A stretch of DNA of 64,000 nucleotides from an uncultured Alphaproteobacteria bacterium. GTDB taxonomy: Bacteria; Pseudomonadota; Alphaproteobacteria; CAAHEQ01; UBA3637. The stretch is from the NCBI GenBank assembly GCA_944392795.1, contig CALXXX010000034.1, forward strand, positions 8,995 through 72,994. Reading direction: 5' to 3'. This document shows positions 20,765 to 31,357 of this stretch, piece by piece (within the stretch, counting starts at the first letter, position 1; every line of letters begins with the position of its first letter). Under the pieces are notes generated by a model that was given only the letters and a program-made list of their open reading frames with translations, was not told the origin of the DNA and did no database searches. The position numbers and the translations under genes are program-made.

Positions 20765-21634
20765 TTAAAATAATCCGAAGAGCTTTTTTTTCTGAGTATT
20801 TTGTTTGTTGGAGGAGGGAATAACATTATTCATACGTCTCCAATCCCAAGGAGCAATGAATTTTCCTTCCCATAAACCTTGCTTTTTCCTATGAGCATCT
20901 TCTTCATAAGGAATATACACTTTCGAAGCAGAGCGATCTGCAATAGCCCAACCACTGTAAACAATAGCTGCACCGACATCGACATTGTCGATACGGCAGG
21001 TTGCAATAAAGTTACCGACATTATCTCCGCCGACTGGAGAACAAAATAGAACTTTATTTAAAACAAGTCGTTCCATCGCTTCTTTGCTCATAACGCCACA
21101 GGGATAATTTTGTCCCATACGATCTTTACATGTTTGAGCAGGATCAGGTCCATCAATTCCATAAAGTTTAATATAAGAGGGACCTACTTTAATCAAATAA
21201 GCACTTCGAACTTCTGTGACTTTCCCGGAAATTTCATCTGTTGAATTGGCGTATTGAGAAATTTCTTGAGCCCTTCGAGTATCTTCTTCAGAAAGTTCTG
21301 GCAGAGGAGCTGAATCATTAGCTTTTTCTTGTAGAGTTTCAACTTGTTGTGGCATTGATTTTGTTTCTTCGCGCTCTGGTAAAAGCCCAAAAGTTAAACC
21401 GAAGACTTTCCAAAGTAAAAAACAAAAACCGCCAATAACTAAAACAAATAAAAGAAATTTTAAAAAAAAGCGAAGAAGATATGGAAAAGCCCAAATTAAA
21501 AAACTGACTGCAAGGATTAAAATAGCAGCAGAAGTTTTTGGATTTTCATTAATAAAAGGAAAATCAAAATAAGCTTTTAAAATACCCCCAAAAATGGTTG
21601 CCATTAGAAAAAATTTAATGATATATCCAACCAT
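20765..21634 (-). CDS. membrane-anchored thermonuclease (SNase) family protein
   Basis: N-terminal TM segments; KLYGIDGP..QTC, G.A, GLW.GKF..PWDWR. Confidence 0.85.
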   Translation of the reverse strand: MVGYIIKFFLMATIFGGILKAYFDFPFINENPKTSAAILILAVSFLIWAFPYLLRFFLKFLLFVLVIGGFCFLLWKVFGLTFGLLPEREETKSMPQQVETLQEKANDSAPLPELSEEDTRRAQEISQYANSTDEISGKVTEVRSAYLIKVGPSYIKLYGIDGPDPAQTCKDRMGQNYPCGVMSKEAMERLVLNKVLFCSPVGGDNVGNFIATCRIDNVDVGAAIVYSGWAIADRSASKVYIPYEEDAHRKKQGLWEGKFIAPWDWRRMNNVIPSSNKQNTQKKKLFGLF

Positions 21635-21690
21635 GTTTCCCTTCCTTTTCTATTGAACTAAAGATAGCTTAGTATAAAATCGAAGTTCGG

Positions 21691-24228
21691 TCAAGAAAAG
21701 GAAAGGGCTTTTGAAACAGATTCCTGTAAATTAACGGATAAATCAGGTGTTTTTAAAATACGCGTTAATTCATTTTTCATAAGAGTCCTTCTGTTTTTAT
21801 CAAAGAATTTCCAACGTGTTAAAGGTCTGACTAAGCTTTCAGCTATTTGTGGATTTAAAGCATTCAGCTCTATAACATAGTCAGCAATAAGGGCATATCC
21901 TTTACCATCTGGTCTATGGAAAGCTTTTAAATTATGCGAAAAACTACCTAATAAAGCTCGAACTTTGTTCGGGTTTGTAAGAATAAAAGCAGAACTTTGT
22001 GCCAGACGACGAACAGTATCTATTACATTCTCATTTTCTTCAGACGCCTGTAAAGCAAGCCACTTGTTGATAACAATATGATCATCTTTATATTTGTTAT
22101 AAAAATCTTCCAGTGCTTCTTCTTTTCCCTTCAGTTGATTATTTATTAACGCTGAAAGAGCAGCAATACGGTCTGTTAAATTGTCTGAGGTTTGATATTG
22201 AATAAAGGCCTCTCCCTTTCCAAGTAGAGATAAATAGCTCAAGGCTACATTTTTTAGAGCACGTTTTCCTGCTTGCTCAAAAAGAGGCGAATAGGGTTTT
22301 TCTGTTTTCATTTCATCATACAGTTTTTCCAAATCCTTTTGATATTTTTGAGCAAAAGCCTTTCTTAATGTTTTGCGTGCCTTTAAAATACCCTCTATAT
22401 CAAAGATTTGTAATTTTTCTCCTACATATGTTTCCGAGGGAAAAATGAGAGCTCGAGCAACAAAAGCCGGATCTGCTTTTGCTAATTTTAAGTAAGTTCC
22501 AAAGGCTTCCAATAGCTCATTTCGAACAGACATATCTTTCTTTTCTACCATTTCAATCATGCATTGAGTAGCATACTCTTGTCCAACCTCATATCGATTG
22601 AATAAATCTGTGTCATGTTGAATGAGGCAAAGTCTTTCTTTATCGGTGTAGTTTATATTTAGAGACACTGGAGCCGTAAAGTCGCGGTTAATAGAGAGAA
22701 TAGGTTTTTCCGAAAAGTCGGAAAAGGTGAATGTTTGTTCATTTTGAGTTAACAGAAGAAGTTGATGATGTCTTTCGTTGCCAGAAGAATCTAATAATCC
22801 AATTTCAAGAGGAATCATAAAAGGCTCGGAGCAATTCTTTATTTCTTGCTTTAATTTTATAGAATAAGTTTTTGATTTATAATCATATTTTTCTTCTACA
22901 GAGACTGTCGGTCGACCGGCAATACTATACCAGCGCATAAATTGAGAAAGATCTTTTTGATTAGCATCTTCGATACACTTCACAAACTCATCAATTGTAA
23001 CTGCTTGACCATCGTGACGAGAAAAATATAAATCACATCCTTTTCTAAATCCCTCTTTGCCAACAATTTTTTGCTGCATACGGATGAGTTCTGCACCTTT
23101 GTCATAAACAGTCGTTGTATAAAAATTTTCGATTGTTGCAAAAGATTCAGGACGTACGGGATGAGCCAAAGGACCATCATCTTCCGGAAATTGATATTGC
23201 TTTAATAAAGCAACATCATCCATTCGTTTTACAACGGCGGAACGCATATCGGCGGTAAAGCTTTGATCACGAAAAACAGTAAAGCCTTCCTTTAGTGAAA
23301 GGTTAAACCAGTCTCGCGCCGTGACACGATCTCCACTCCAGTTATGGAAATATTCATGACCAACAACGCCTTCAACATATTCAAAAGTGGCATCTGTCGC
23401 TGTTTGAGAATCTGCTAGCAGACAAGTATCATTGAAAATATTTAAGCTTTTATTTTCCATCGCTCCGGCATTAAAATCACTAATAGCAACGATATTGAAT
23501 AAATCCAAATCGTATTCACGACCAAAAGCTTCCTCATCCCATTTCATGGCACGTTTTAAGCTTTCCATAGCCCACTGTAAACGCTCTTGTTTTCCTTGTT
23601 CGCACCAGATTTTAAGAGTGACATGACGGCCCGATGAAGTGGTATAAAAATCTTCTATATGAGCTAAATTTCCCGCAACCAAAGCAAATAGATAAGATGG
23701 CTTTTTAAAAGGATCTTCCCAAATAACAGTTCCTTCGTCTTCATAAATTTTATTTCCATTGGAAAGTAAAACAGGGTATTTTTTTCTGTCCGCATGAATA
23801 GTTACCTTAAAGGGAGCCATAATATCTGGATGATCCGGATAATAGGTAATGGTTCTAAAGCCTTCCGGTTCACATTGCGTGGCTAATCCGATATTGGTTG
23901 CATAAAGACCGGATAAACGAGTATTTTCTTTCGGATTTATTTGAGTTTCTATATCTAAAATAAATTCTTCTGGTAAATTCGTTAGAGTAAGGCCCTCTGA
24001 ATCTAATTGATACTCTTTTTCAGATAATTCTCTGTTATTGAGGGCAATGCGGTTCAGCTTTAAATATTTACCATCTAGTCGAAGAGGAGCTGTTTTATCT
24101 GCGCTTATTCTTTTTAAGCACATATGATTTTTAACGATTGTTTGTTTTTCATCTAATGTAAAATCTAATTCTACAGCTTCAACTGCATAAGTTGGAGCTT
24201 GATAATCTTTACGGTATGTTATTTTCAT
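21691..24228 (-). CDS. pepN: aminopeptidase N
   Basis: GAMEN, HEYFH..LKE, NPNKVRAL. Confidence 0.97.
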   Translation of the reverse strand: MKITYRKDYQAPTYAVEAVELDFTLDEKQTIVKNHMCLKRISADKTAPLRLDGKYLKLNRIALNNRELSEKEYQLDSEGLTLTNLPEEFILDIETQINPKENTRLSGLYATNIGLATQCEPEGFRTITYYPDHPDIMAPFKVTIHADRKKYPVLLSNGNKIYEDEGTVIWEDPFKKPSYLFALVAGNLAHIEDFYTTSSGRHVTLKIWCEQGKQERLQWAMESLKRAMKWDEEAFGREYDLDLFNIVAISDFNAGAMENKSLNIFNDTCLLADSQTATDATFEYVEGVVGHEYFHNWSGDRVTARDWFNLSLKEGFTVFRDQSFTADMRSAVVKRMDDVALLKQYQFPEDDGPLAHPVRPESFATIENFYTTTVYDKGAELIRMQQKIVGKEGFRKGCDLYFSRHDGQAVTIDEFVKCIEDANQKDLSQFMRWYSIAGRPTVSVEEKYDYKSKTYSIKLKQEIKNCSEPFMIPLEIGLLDSSGNERHHQLLLLTQNEQTFTFSDFSEKPILSINRDFTAPVSLNINYTDKERLCLIQHDTDLFNRYEVGQEYATQCMIEMVEKKDMSVRNELLEAFGTYLKLAKADPAFVARALIFPSETYVGEKLQIFDIEGILKARKTLRKAFAQKYQKDLEKLYDEMKTEKPYSPLFEQAGKRALKNVALSYLSLLGKGEAFIQYQTSDNLTDRIAALSALINNQLKGKEEALEDFYNKYKDDHIVINKWLALQASEENENVIDTVRRLAQSSAFILTNPNKVRALLGSFSHNLKAFHRPDGKGYALIADYVIELNALNPQIAESLVRPLTRWKFFDKNRRTLMKNELTRILKTPDLSVNLQESVSKALSFS

Positions 24229-24944
24229 TTTAAAGTTTGTATCCCTGCATTTGTTTTTTGTAGTTGATCACGCCAGTAAGCGGCTCGTTTTAGATTTTTT
24301 GGAATATCATCATTTCCTTCTGAATAAATAGCAATTAAACTAGTCATCGCATTTTTATGACCACGTGCTGCAGCTTGCTCATACATAGATAGAGCAATTA
24401 ATGGTTCTGGTTGTCCTGAATATCCTCTTTCTAACCAAACGGCGACGGCATAAAGGGCTGCAGTATCACCTTGCGCGGCGGCAAGAAGTCCCCAATCAAG
24501 AGCTTTTTCTTTGTTTTCCGGCGTATCTTTTTTACGATCATAAAGTAAAGCAGCCATATATTGACCATCCATAGAGCCAAGATTAGCGGCTTGTTCAAAG
24601 TATTTTAAAGCCTTTTCTGGATTTTGCTGTTTGTCTTGTGTTTTCCCATCTAAATAAAGAGAACCCAAAACAAACGCAGCTTGTGCTTCATTTGATTGAG
24701 CTGCTTGTATTAAATGTCGTTCAGCTTTTGCATAGTCTTTTGTATGCACGGCAAGTAAGCCAATTTTTAAATGATCTTTCGATTCCATAGAGGAAAAGCG
24801 AGCAATTGGAATAATGACGATGAGTGCCAAAATCAATAAGAAAGCCGCAATGAGCCATGTTAAACGAGAAGGATGAAGTAGTTTAGATGAAGATTTTTTT
24901 TCCTGATTTTCTTTCTTTTTGAGGCTTTTATCTGTGCTGTTCAT
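24225..24944 (-). CDS. membrane-anchored Sel1-repeat protein
   Basis: TM segment then repeated A..LG.LY..G / A..W...AA.QG units. Confidence 0.85.
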   Translation of the reverse strand: MNSTDKSLKKKENQEKKSSSKLLHPSRLTWLIAAFLLILALIVIIPIARFSSMESKDHLKIGLLAVHTKDYAKAERHLIQAAQSNEAQAAFVLGSLYLDGKTQDKQQNPEKALKYFEQAANLGSMDGQYMAALLYDRKKDTPENKEKALDWGLLAAAQGDTAALYAVAVWLERGYSGQPEPLIALSMYEQAAARGHKNAMTSLIAIYSEGNDDIPKNLKRAAYWRDQLQKTNAGIQTLK

Positions 24945-25029
24945 TCTATTCTCCTTTAAAAAAGCTTGAATATTTTTTTATAATATAAGATATTTATTTG
25001 ACTTCATCAATAAAAAAGAAAGGCTTTTT

Positions 25030-26337
25030 GTGACGACATCGTTTTGTTTCGAAAAATATGATTTTAATACAGAGACAGGAAAATTATCTCTTTTTTATCG
25101 TTGTGGTGATTTTCTTTTCGAGGAGAAAATTTTCTTTCCGGGAGCACCTTTTGTCGATTTAAATTTATCACTGGTCAGAAGATGCTGCGAGCTTCTTCAT
25201 ATTGCGGCAGGCATTAGTTATTTTAAAGCTTTGTTGCCTTCTGTCATAGAAATAAAAGCTTACTCTTTAACTCAACAAGAAGCCAACTTTTTTGAAACTT
25301 TTTATGTCGCAGGATTAGGACAGTTTGCTGTTGAAAACGGAATTAATTTACAAGGGAAAATTCATTTTCCCTTTAAGTCGACTCTATCGGAAAAACCGGT
25401 TTATTTAAACTTACCTTCTGAAGCTTTTGTTCCGGTCGGAGGGGGAAAAGATAGTTGTTTGACAATTGAGATGTTAAGAAATGCTCCCATTAAGACAACT
25501 CTTTTTTCCGTTAATACAGCTTCTCCTATAGAAGCGTGTAAAAAAGCCGCGTGTCTTCCAGAGATAACAATTCAACGCGTTTTGTCTCCTCTTTTGTTCG
25601 AAAAGAACCCCTTATTTAAGAACGGGCATGTGCCTATTACAGGAATCATTGCTTTTATTTTGCTTTTGTCAGCCGTTTTATACCGTAAACGATATGTTGT
25701 TATGAGCTGTGAGCGTTCAGCTAATGAAGGAAATTTAATGCAGGGAGAGCTGAATGTTAATCATCAATGGAGCAAATCTATTGAGTTTGAGAAGCGTTTT
25801 TTTGAATTGACGCAACCTATTTTACCTGAATTTCATTATTTTTCTTTATTGCGGCCCTTTTCCGAAATGAAAATTGCCGCATTGTTTAGTCAGAAATGTA
25901 AAGATTATTTTACCGCTTTTACAAGCTGTAATCATGCGTTTCATTTAAATCAAGCTAAAAGGTTGGATAGGTGGTGTGGTGCGTGTGATAAATGTCGTTT
26001 TGTTTTTTTGATGCTAGCTCCTTTTATGGCAAAAGATACTTTAATTAGCTCTATTGGCTTTAATCCGCTTAATGATTTAAAACAAGCAGAAGGTTATTCT
26101 GAACTATTGGGATTTTCAGGGCATAAGCCGTTTGAATGTGTCGGAACGGCTGCCGAATGTCGGTTAGCTTTTTTAAAATTAGGGCAAATGAAAGATTGGA
26201 AAGAGGATGTATTAGTTCAACATTTTTATCCACGGATACAAGACGATCAAGCTTCTTTAGAAAAGGAAGTGTTTGAATATGTTCCATCTGATTTAATACC
26301 AGAGGAGTTTTTTGATGCGTTTAACGGAATTATCTAA
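25030..26337 (+). CDS. murL: UDP-MurNAc-L-Ala-L-Glu epimerase
   Basis: PP-loop PVGGGKDS, NGHVPITG, ERSAN, NHQWSKS, SCN, WCGACDKC, KPFECVG; overlaps a murD-like gene. Confidence 0.9.
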   Translation: MTTSFCFEKYDFNTETGKLSLFYRCGDFLFEEKIFFPGAPFVDLNLSLVRRCCELLHIAAGISYFKALLPSVIEIKAYSLTQQEANFFETFYVAGLGQFAVENGINLQGKIHFPFKSTLSEKPVYLNLPSEAFVPVGGGKDSCLTIEMLRNAPIKTTLFSVNTASPIEACKKAACLPEITIQRVLSPLLFEKNPLFKNGHVPITGIIAFILLLSAVLYRKRYVVMSCERSANEGNLMQGELNVNHQWSKSIEFEKRFFELTQPILPEFHYFSLLRPFSEMKIAALFSQKCKDYFTAFTSCNHAFHLNQAKRLDRWCGACDKCRFVFLMLAPFMAKDTLISSIGFNPLNDLKQAEGYSELLGFSGHKPFECVGTAAECRLAFLKLGQMKDWKEDVLVQHFYPRIQDDQASLEKEVFEYVPSDLIPEEFFDAFNGII

Positions 26338-27589
26338 TTTAAAAATCGCTGTTTGGGGAAAAGGAAGAGAAGGAGAAGCTTTAAAGCGTTTCTTCGATGA
26401 ACATGGTATAAAGTTCGATTGGCTTGATGGAAATAATGTTGATTTATCTTCTTTTAATGTTGTTTTTAAAAGTCCGGGTATTAGTCTTTATTTACCTATT
26501 ATACAAGAAGCCAAAGAGAAGGGCGTTCAATTTTTATCAGGAACAAATTTGTATTTGATGAATAATCGCCCTCGTTTAAAAAGAATTGCCGTAACGGGAA
26601 CAAAAGGGAAAAGTACGACTTCTTCCTTAATCGCGCATGTTTTAACAGGAATGGGTTTTAAAACAGGACTCGGGGGTAATATTGGTGTTCCGTTGATTTC
26701 TTTATGGGGGAAAAAATTAGATTATTTAGTCGCGGAGCTATCTAGTTATCAATGTGCGGATCTGACAGAACCGTTTGATATGAGTATCGTTGTTAATTTA
26801 TATCCGGAACATGTGGATTGGCATGGTTCTCACGAACAATATTATAATGATAAAATAAATTTATTAAAAATTCGTCATTCTGCTCAAATCGCTTTTTTGA
26901 ACGCTCAAAATGATTTGTCTATGCGTTATGCTCAAAAATTGGCAAATGTTATTTTATTTAATAATACAGAAGGGATTCATATAGAGAACGGATGGTTTTA
27001 TGACGCTTCACAAAAGTTATTTGAAACATCACAAATTACTAACTTAAAAGGTCAGCATAATTTAGAAAACATTTGTGCCGTTTTAAGCGTTGTTAAAGCG
27101 TTAGGTCTACCTTTAAAGGGAATTGAAATTTTGCTGAACTCTTTTCAACCACTTCCTCATCGTTTACAGACGATTGCTGAAATAAAAGGTGTTTGCTTTG
27201 TTGATGACAGTATTTCAACAACTCCTGAAACGGCTGTCGCTGCGTTAAAAGCTTTTGAAGGTCGGAAAATTTTTCTTCTCGTCGGAGGTTTTGAACGTCA
27301 GCAGGACTATCAGATTTTATTAGAGTATGTTCAACAACATCCAACTATTTATTTGTTTACTTTGCCAGATACAGGAGAGCGTATTTATCAAGAAGCGCTG
27401 AATAGAAAAATTAAGACACAAAAGTGTAGTTCTATCGCTGATGCAGTTAAACAAGTGCAACAACAAGCTGTTTCAGGCGATGTTGTTCTTTTATCTCCCG
27501 GAGCGCCGAGCTATCATCTTTATCACTCTTTTGAAGAGCGAGGAGAAGATTTTAAACAGTGTATTGAAAAATATTTTAAGTTGAAATAA
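26315..27589 (+). CDS. murD2: Mur ligase, MurD2-type (L-Glu adding)
   Basis: WGKGREG, TGTKGKSTT, ELSSYQ, EHVDWH, DDSISTTP, LLSPGAPS; coupled to murL. Confidence 0.85.
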   Translation: MRLTELSNLKIAVWGKGREGEALKRFFDEHGIKFDWLDGNNVDLSSFNVVFKSPGISLYLPIIQEAKEKGVQFLSGTNLYLMNNRPRLKRIAVTGTKGKSTTSSLIAHVLTGMGFKTGLGGNIGVPLISLWGKKLDYLVAELSSYQCADLTEPFDMSIVVNLYPEHVDWHGSHEQYYNDKINLLKIRHSAQIAFLNAQNDLSMRYAQKLANVILFNNTEGIHIENGWFYDASQKLFETSQITNLKGQHNLENICAVLSVVKALGLPLKGIEILLNSFQPLPHRLQTIAEIKGVCFVDDSISTTPETAVAALKAFEGRKIFLLVGGFERQQDYQILLEYVQQHPTIYLFTLPDTGERIYQEALNRKIKTQKCSSIADAVKQVQQQAVSGDVVLLSPGAPSYHLYHSFEERGEDFKQCIEKYFKLK

Positions 27590-27646
27590 AAAGATTGACA
27601 AAGCCATTTTTATTTGAGATAGTAAAAAAAGAAAAGGAAAATAAAT

Positions 27647-27724
27647 ATGCGTTTTATCAATAAAACTTTGAACCTACTACTACTAGAATTTGATATCAAA
27701 TCCTGGAGGGGTTCACATATTTAG
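27647..27724 (+). CDS. leucine attenuator leader peptide (25 aa)
   Basis: MRFINKTLNLLLLEFDIKSWRGSHI*; CTA x4 at 27674-27685; SD AAAGGA; TTGACA at 27595-27600. Confidence 0.85.
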   Translation: MRFINKTLNLLLLEFDIKSWRGSHI

Positions 27725-27778
27725 TATTTAATTAGATTTTACTGAACCAAGCACTTCCTCCGGGAAGTGCTTTTTTTA
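27705..27778 (+). promoter_or_regulatory. attenuator: antiterminator/terminator pair
   Basis: Terminator AAGCACTTCC-TCCG-GGAAGTGCTT+T run (27749-27777); alternative pairing of GGAGG/GGTTCA (27705-27715) with TGAACC (27743-48) and CCTCC (27757-61). Confidence 0.85.
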
Positions 27779-27797
27779 TATTGAAAGGAAAATAAGA

Positions 27798-28124
27798 ATG
27801 GAAGTTAACATTGAAGGTGCAAAAAAAGCAGACATTATTTATGAAGAGTTTCGGAGAAGTATGTTCTTAGGAATGGAAAAAGAGTTTGAAACCCATTTTA
27901 ATCAGCCTGGGAACGAAGCTCAAATGTTGGCTAATATGGTTGTTGCTCGAGCGCTGTTAACGGGATGTATGCCTTATCAGGAAAGTCATATTCCTCAAGC
28001 TATGCGATCGGTGGCTGCGGAATTCCAACCTTATGTGGATACTGTTGAAGAACATTATCCGCACCATTCTATAAATGATAAAATCAAAAAAGTGATAGAG
28101 TTGCATCAAGCTCATCAAAAATAG
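27798..28124 (+). CDS. hypothetical protein downstream of Leu attenuator
   Basis: SD AAAGGA, 108-aa ORF, no family recognised. Confidence 0.75.
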   Translation: MEVNIEGAKKADIIYEEFRRSMFLGMEKEFETHFNQPGNEAQMLANMVVARALLTGCMPYQESHIPQAMRSVAAEFQPYVDTVEEHYPHHSINDKIKKVIELHQAHQK

Positions 28125-28203
28125 TTTTTTGATTTTCTATTGCCAATCTGAAAAAAATTAGCTACAACTGTAAAAAAGCATTTATAGGATTAAAGGGGGC
28201 TAA

Positions 28204-28383
28204 ATGATAAGTTATGGTTGGATGTTAACTTTGGTTGGAATGGGAAGTGTTTTCGCTTTCTTATGGTTATTGATGCTTGTCATTCAGTTTTCCTCTTGGA
28301 TTATCCGCAAATACGAATCGTCTAGCGAAGGATTAGACAAAGTTGCTTTAGCCATCGCTGTTGGCTTGAAGGAGAGGAAATAA
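28204..28383 (+). CDS. oadG: oxaloacetate decarboxylase gamma subunit (59 aa)
   Basis: Manual translation MISYGWMLTLVGMGSVFAFLWLLMLVI...VALAIAVGLKERK*; single TM; directly before oadA; below ORF-track cutoff. Confidence 0.9.
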   Translation: MISYGWMLTLVGMGSVFAFLWLLMLVIQFSSWIIRKYESSSEGLDKVALAIAVGLKERK

Positions 28384-28384
28384 A

Positions 28385-30169
28385 ATGGCAAAAAAGAAAA
28401 TCAAGTTAACTTGTACAGCATTTAGAGACGGTTTTCAATCGGTATATGGTTCTCGTGTTCTCTCTAAGGATTTTTTGCCAATTGTTAAAATGGCACGGCA
28501 AGCTGGTATTGATCGCTTTGAGTCGGGCGGCGGAGCTAGTTTTCAGTCTGCCTTTTTTTATCTCAACGAAAATGCTTTTGATGTGATGGATGCTTTTCGT
28601 GAGGCAGCAGGACCTGATGCTCATTTACAAACTTTAGCACGAGGTATCAATGTCGTTGGTTTAGACAGTCAAAGTTCTGATATTATTCGTTTGCATGCTC
28701 GGTTGTTTAAAAAACATGGCGTCAGTATGATACGCAATTTTGACGCGTTGAATGATCCTGAAAATTTAGCTTTTAGCGGACAATGCATTGTCGATGCCGG
28801 TTTGGAGCATCAAATTTGTATTGCAATGATGTCTTTACCTCCGGGAGCAACCGGAGCGCATACCCCTGATTTCTATGAAGAAACTTTGAAAAAAATTATA
28901 AAATCGAAGATACCATTCCATTCTTTATGTTTTAAGGACGCTTCTGGTACCAGTGTTCCAGCAGTTGTTTTTGAAACTATTCAAAGAGCCCGTAAACTTC
29001 TTGGAAAAAAAACAATGATAGAATTTCATTCTCATGAAACAGCAGGAGTGGGAACGGCTTGTTATTTGGCTGCCATTCAAGCCGGTGCCGATATCGTTGA
29101 TTTATCAATGGCTCCTGTTTCTGGCGGAACGTGTCAACCGGATATTGCAACCATGTGGCATGCGTTGCGTCAAACAGATTATGAGTTAGAAGTCGATGTT
29201 GATGCGGTTATGAAAGTTGAAGATGCTTTTAAGGAAGCTTTAAAAGATTATTTTTTACCACCGGAAGCCTTACGAGTTGAACCGATGATACCATGGTCTC
29301 CTATGCCTGGAGGAGCATTGACAAGTAATACGCAAATGCTTCGTGATAATGGCATTATGGATAAGTATAGTGAAATTATTAAAGCAATGGAGGAGGTTGT
29401 TCGAAAAGGCGGCTTTGGAACTTCTGTCACTCCTGTTTCTCAATTTTATTTCCAGCAGGCATTTAATAATGTCATGAGCGGACCTTGGAAAAAAATTGCG
29501 GAAGGATATGGTAAAATGGTTTTAGGATATTTCGGAAAAACACCTAAAACACCAGATAAAGAAGTTATAAAAATTGCTTCAGAACAGTTGAATTTGCCTC
29601 CGACAAAAGAGTCTCCTTTGGTCTTGAATGATGCTAATCCGAACAAGGGTATTCAACATGCTAAAACGATTTTAAAAGAAAATAATCTGCCAGAAACAGA
29701 TGAAAATATCTTTATTGCTGCTACTTGTGGAGATAAGGGAATTACTTTCCTTAAAGGACAAGGAAAGGTGATGGTTCGATATAAAGAAACTGAAACTCCT
29801 AAAAAAATGGCATCTTCCTATAAGATAAATATAGAAGGGAAGGATTTTGATGTTGTGTTTACTTCTTCTGGAGCAGAAGTGAATGGAAAGGCCTATGAAT
29901 ATCATCTAGAAGAAGAAAAAAAATCAACATTACCTGTTCAAGCATCTTTAGCAGGAGGACAAGCTATTACAGCTCCGATGTTGGGAACAATTACAAAAGT
30001 TCTCGTTCAAAAAGAGGATATGGTTAAACGTGGTCAAACACTGTTTGTGATTGAAGTTATGAAAATGGAAAATGAAATCAAAGCACCAGCCGATGGTCGA
30101 ATAACAGAGATTGTTATTTCGGCAGGAACACAAGTTCAAGCTGGTCAATTACTTGCGAAAATGGGGTAA
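28385..30169 (+). CDS. oadA: oxaloacetate decarboxylase alpha subunit
   Basis: RDGFQS, KDASG, HSH, PGG, VTPVSQ, biotin site VMKM. Confidence 0.92.
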   Translation: MAKKKIKLTCTAFRDGFQSVYGSRVLSKDFLPIVKMARQAGIDRFESGGGASFQSAFFYLNENAFDVMDAFREAAGPDAHLQTLARGINVVGLDSQSSDIIRLHARLFKKHGVSMIRNFDALNDPENLAFSGQCIVDAGLEHQICIAMMSLPPGATGAHTPDFYEETLKKIIKSKIPFHSLCFKDASGTSVPAVVFETIQRARKLLGKKTMIEFHSHETAGVGTACYLAAIQAGADIVDLSMAPVSGGTCQPDIATMWHALRQTDYELEVDVDAVMKVEDAFKEALKDYFLPPEALRVEPMIPWSPMPGGALTSNTQMLRDNGIMDKYSEIIKAMEEVVRKGGFGTSVTPVSQFYFQQAFNNVMSGPWKKIAEGYGKMVLGYFGKTPKTPDKEVIKIASEQLNLPPTKESPLVLNDANPNKGIQHAKTILKENNLPETDENIFIAATCGDKGITFLKGQGKVMVRYKETETPKKMASSYKINIEGKDFDVVFTSSGAEVNGKAYEYHLEEEKKSTLPVQASLAGGQAITAPMLGTITKVLVQKEDMVKRGQTLFVIEVMKMENEIKAPADGRITEIVISAGTQVQAGQLLAKMG

Positions 30170-30175
30170 GAAATT

Positions 30176-31354
30176 ATGTGGGATAAATTGCAAGGATTGT
30201 TCCAGGAAACAGGGCTTTATGGCTTCTTCTCATCTTATGAGGTTATGCCTGGAGCTTTGATGCCGGAAGGGCTTGGACAACTTTTAATGATTGTCGTATG
30301 TTGCGTTTTATTGTACCTTGGAATTGCCAAGAAATTTGAACCACTTTTATTAGTTCCTATCGCGTTTGGCGGAATTTTAGCTAATATTCCTTTTGCCGGA
30401 TTATCTGACCCCGGCGGTTTATTGGATGTCCTATACCGTATGGGAATTGAAAACACTTTGTTTCCTTTATTGATTTTTATGGGGGTTGGTGCAATGACCG
30501 ACTTTGGTCCTTTGATTGCCAATCCAAAAACGCTTTTACTTGGAGCTGCGGCGCAATTTGGTATCTTTGGAACGGTTTTAGGTGCCCTTTACTTGGGAAG
30601 TGTTTGGGATGCTGTTGATTTTTCTTTAGCAGAGGCTGCTTCGATTGGAATTATCGGTGGCGCTGATGGTCCTACTTCCATTTTCTTGACAACTAAGTTA
30701 GCACCTCATTTATTAGCGGCTGTTGCAGTCGCAGCTTATTCTTATATGGCTTTGGTTCCAATTATTCAGCCGCCGGTTATGAGAGTATTAACAACACAAA
30801 AAGAGCGTCAAATTCAAATGAAACAGCTTAGGGAAGTTAGTCGTTTAGAAAAGATTTTGTTTCCGTTGATAGTTTTATTCTTGTGTATCTTATTTTTCCC
30901 AAGTGCGACTCCGTTGATTGGCATGCTCATGTTTGGTAATTTATTGAGAGAGAGTGGTGTGACTGCTCGTTTATCTGATACAGCCCAAAATGCACTCATC
31001 AATACGGTGACTGTTTTTTTGGGTCTTTCTGTTGGTTCTAAGATGATAGCAGAGAATTTTTTAGTGACTAAAACGCTTTTGATTTTACTCTTAGGCGTTA
31101 TTGCTTTTATTTTCGGAACAGCATCAGGAGTTCTCATGGCTAAATTGATGAACCTCTTTTCAAAAGATAAGATTAATCCTTTAATCGGATCAGCCGGCGT
31201 ATCTGCAGTTCCTATGGCCGCGCGTGTTTCAAATCGTTTGGGACAGGAAGCAGATCCGTCTAATTTCCTATTGATGCATGCAATGGGACCAAATGTGGCC
31301 GGTGTTATTGGCTCAGCTGTAGCAGCGGGAATTTTATTAACATTAGTGGGGTAA
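30176..31354 (+). CDS. oadB: Na+-translocating decarboxylase beta subunit
   Basis: [39 protein letters not shown]. Confidence 0.95.
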   Translation: MWDKLQGLFQETGLYGFFSSYEVMPGALMPEGLGQLLMIVVCCVLLYLGIAKKFEPLLLVPIAFGGILANIPFAGLSDPGGLLDVLYRMGIENTLFPLLIFMGVGAMTDFGPLIANPKTLLLGAAAQFGIFGTVLGALYLGSVWDAVDFSLAEAASIGIIGGADGPTSIFLTTKLAPHLLAAVAVAAYSYMALVPIIQPPVMRVLTTQKERQIQMKQLREVSRLEKILFPLIVLFLCILFFPSATPLIGMLMFGNLLRESGVTARLSDTAQNALINTVTVFLGLSVGSKMIAENFLVTKTLLILLLGVIAFIFGTASGVLMAKLMNLFSKDKINPLIGSAGVSAVPMAARVSNRLGQEADPSNFLLMHAMGPNVAGVIGSAVAAGILLTLVG

Positions 31355-31357
31355 AAG

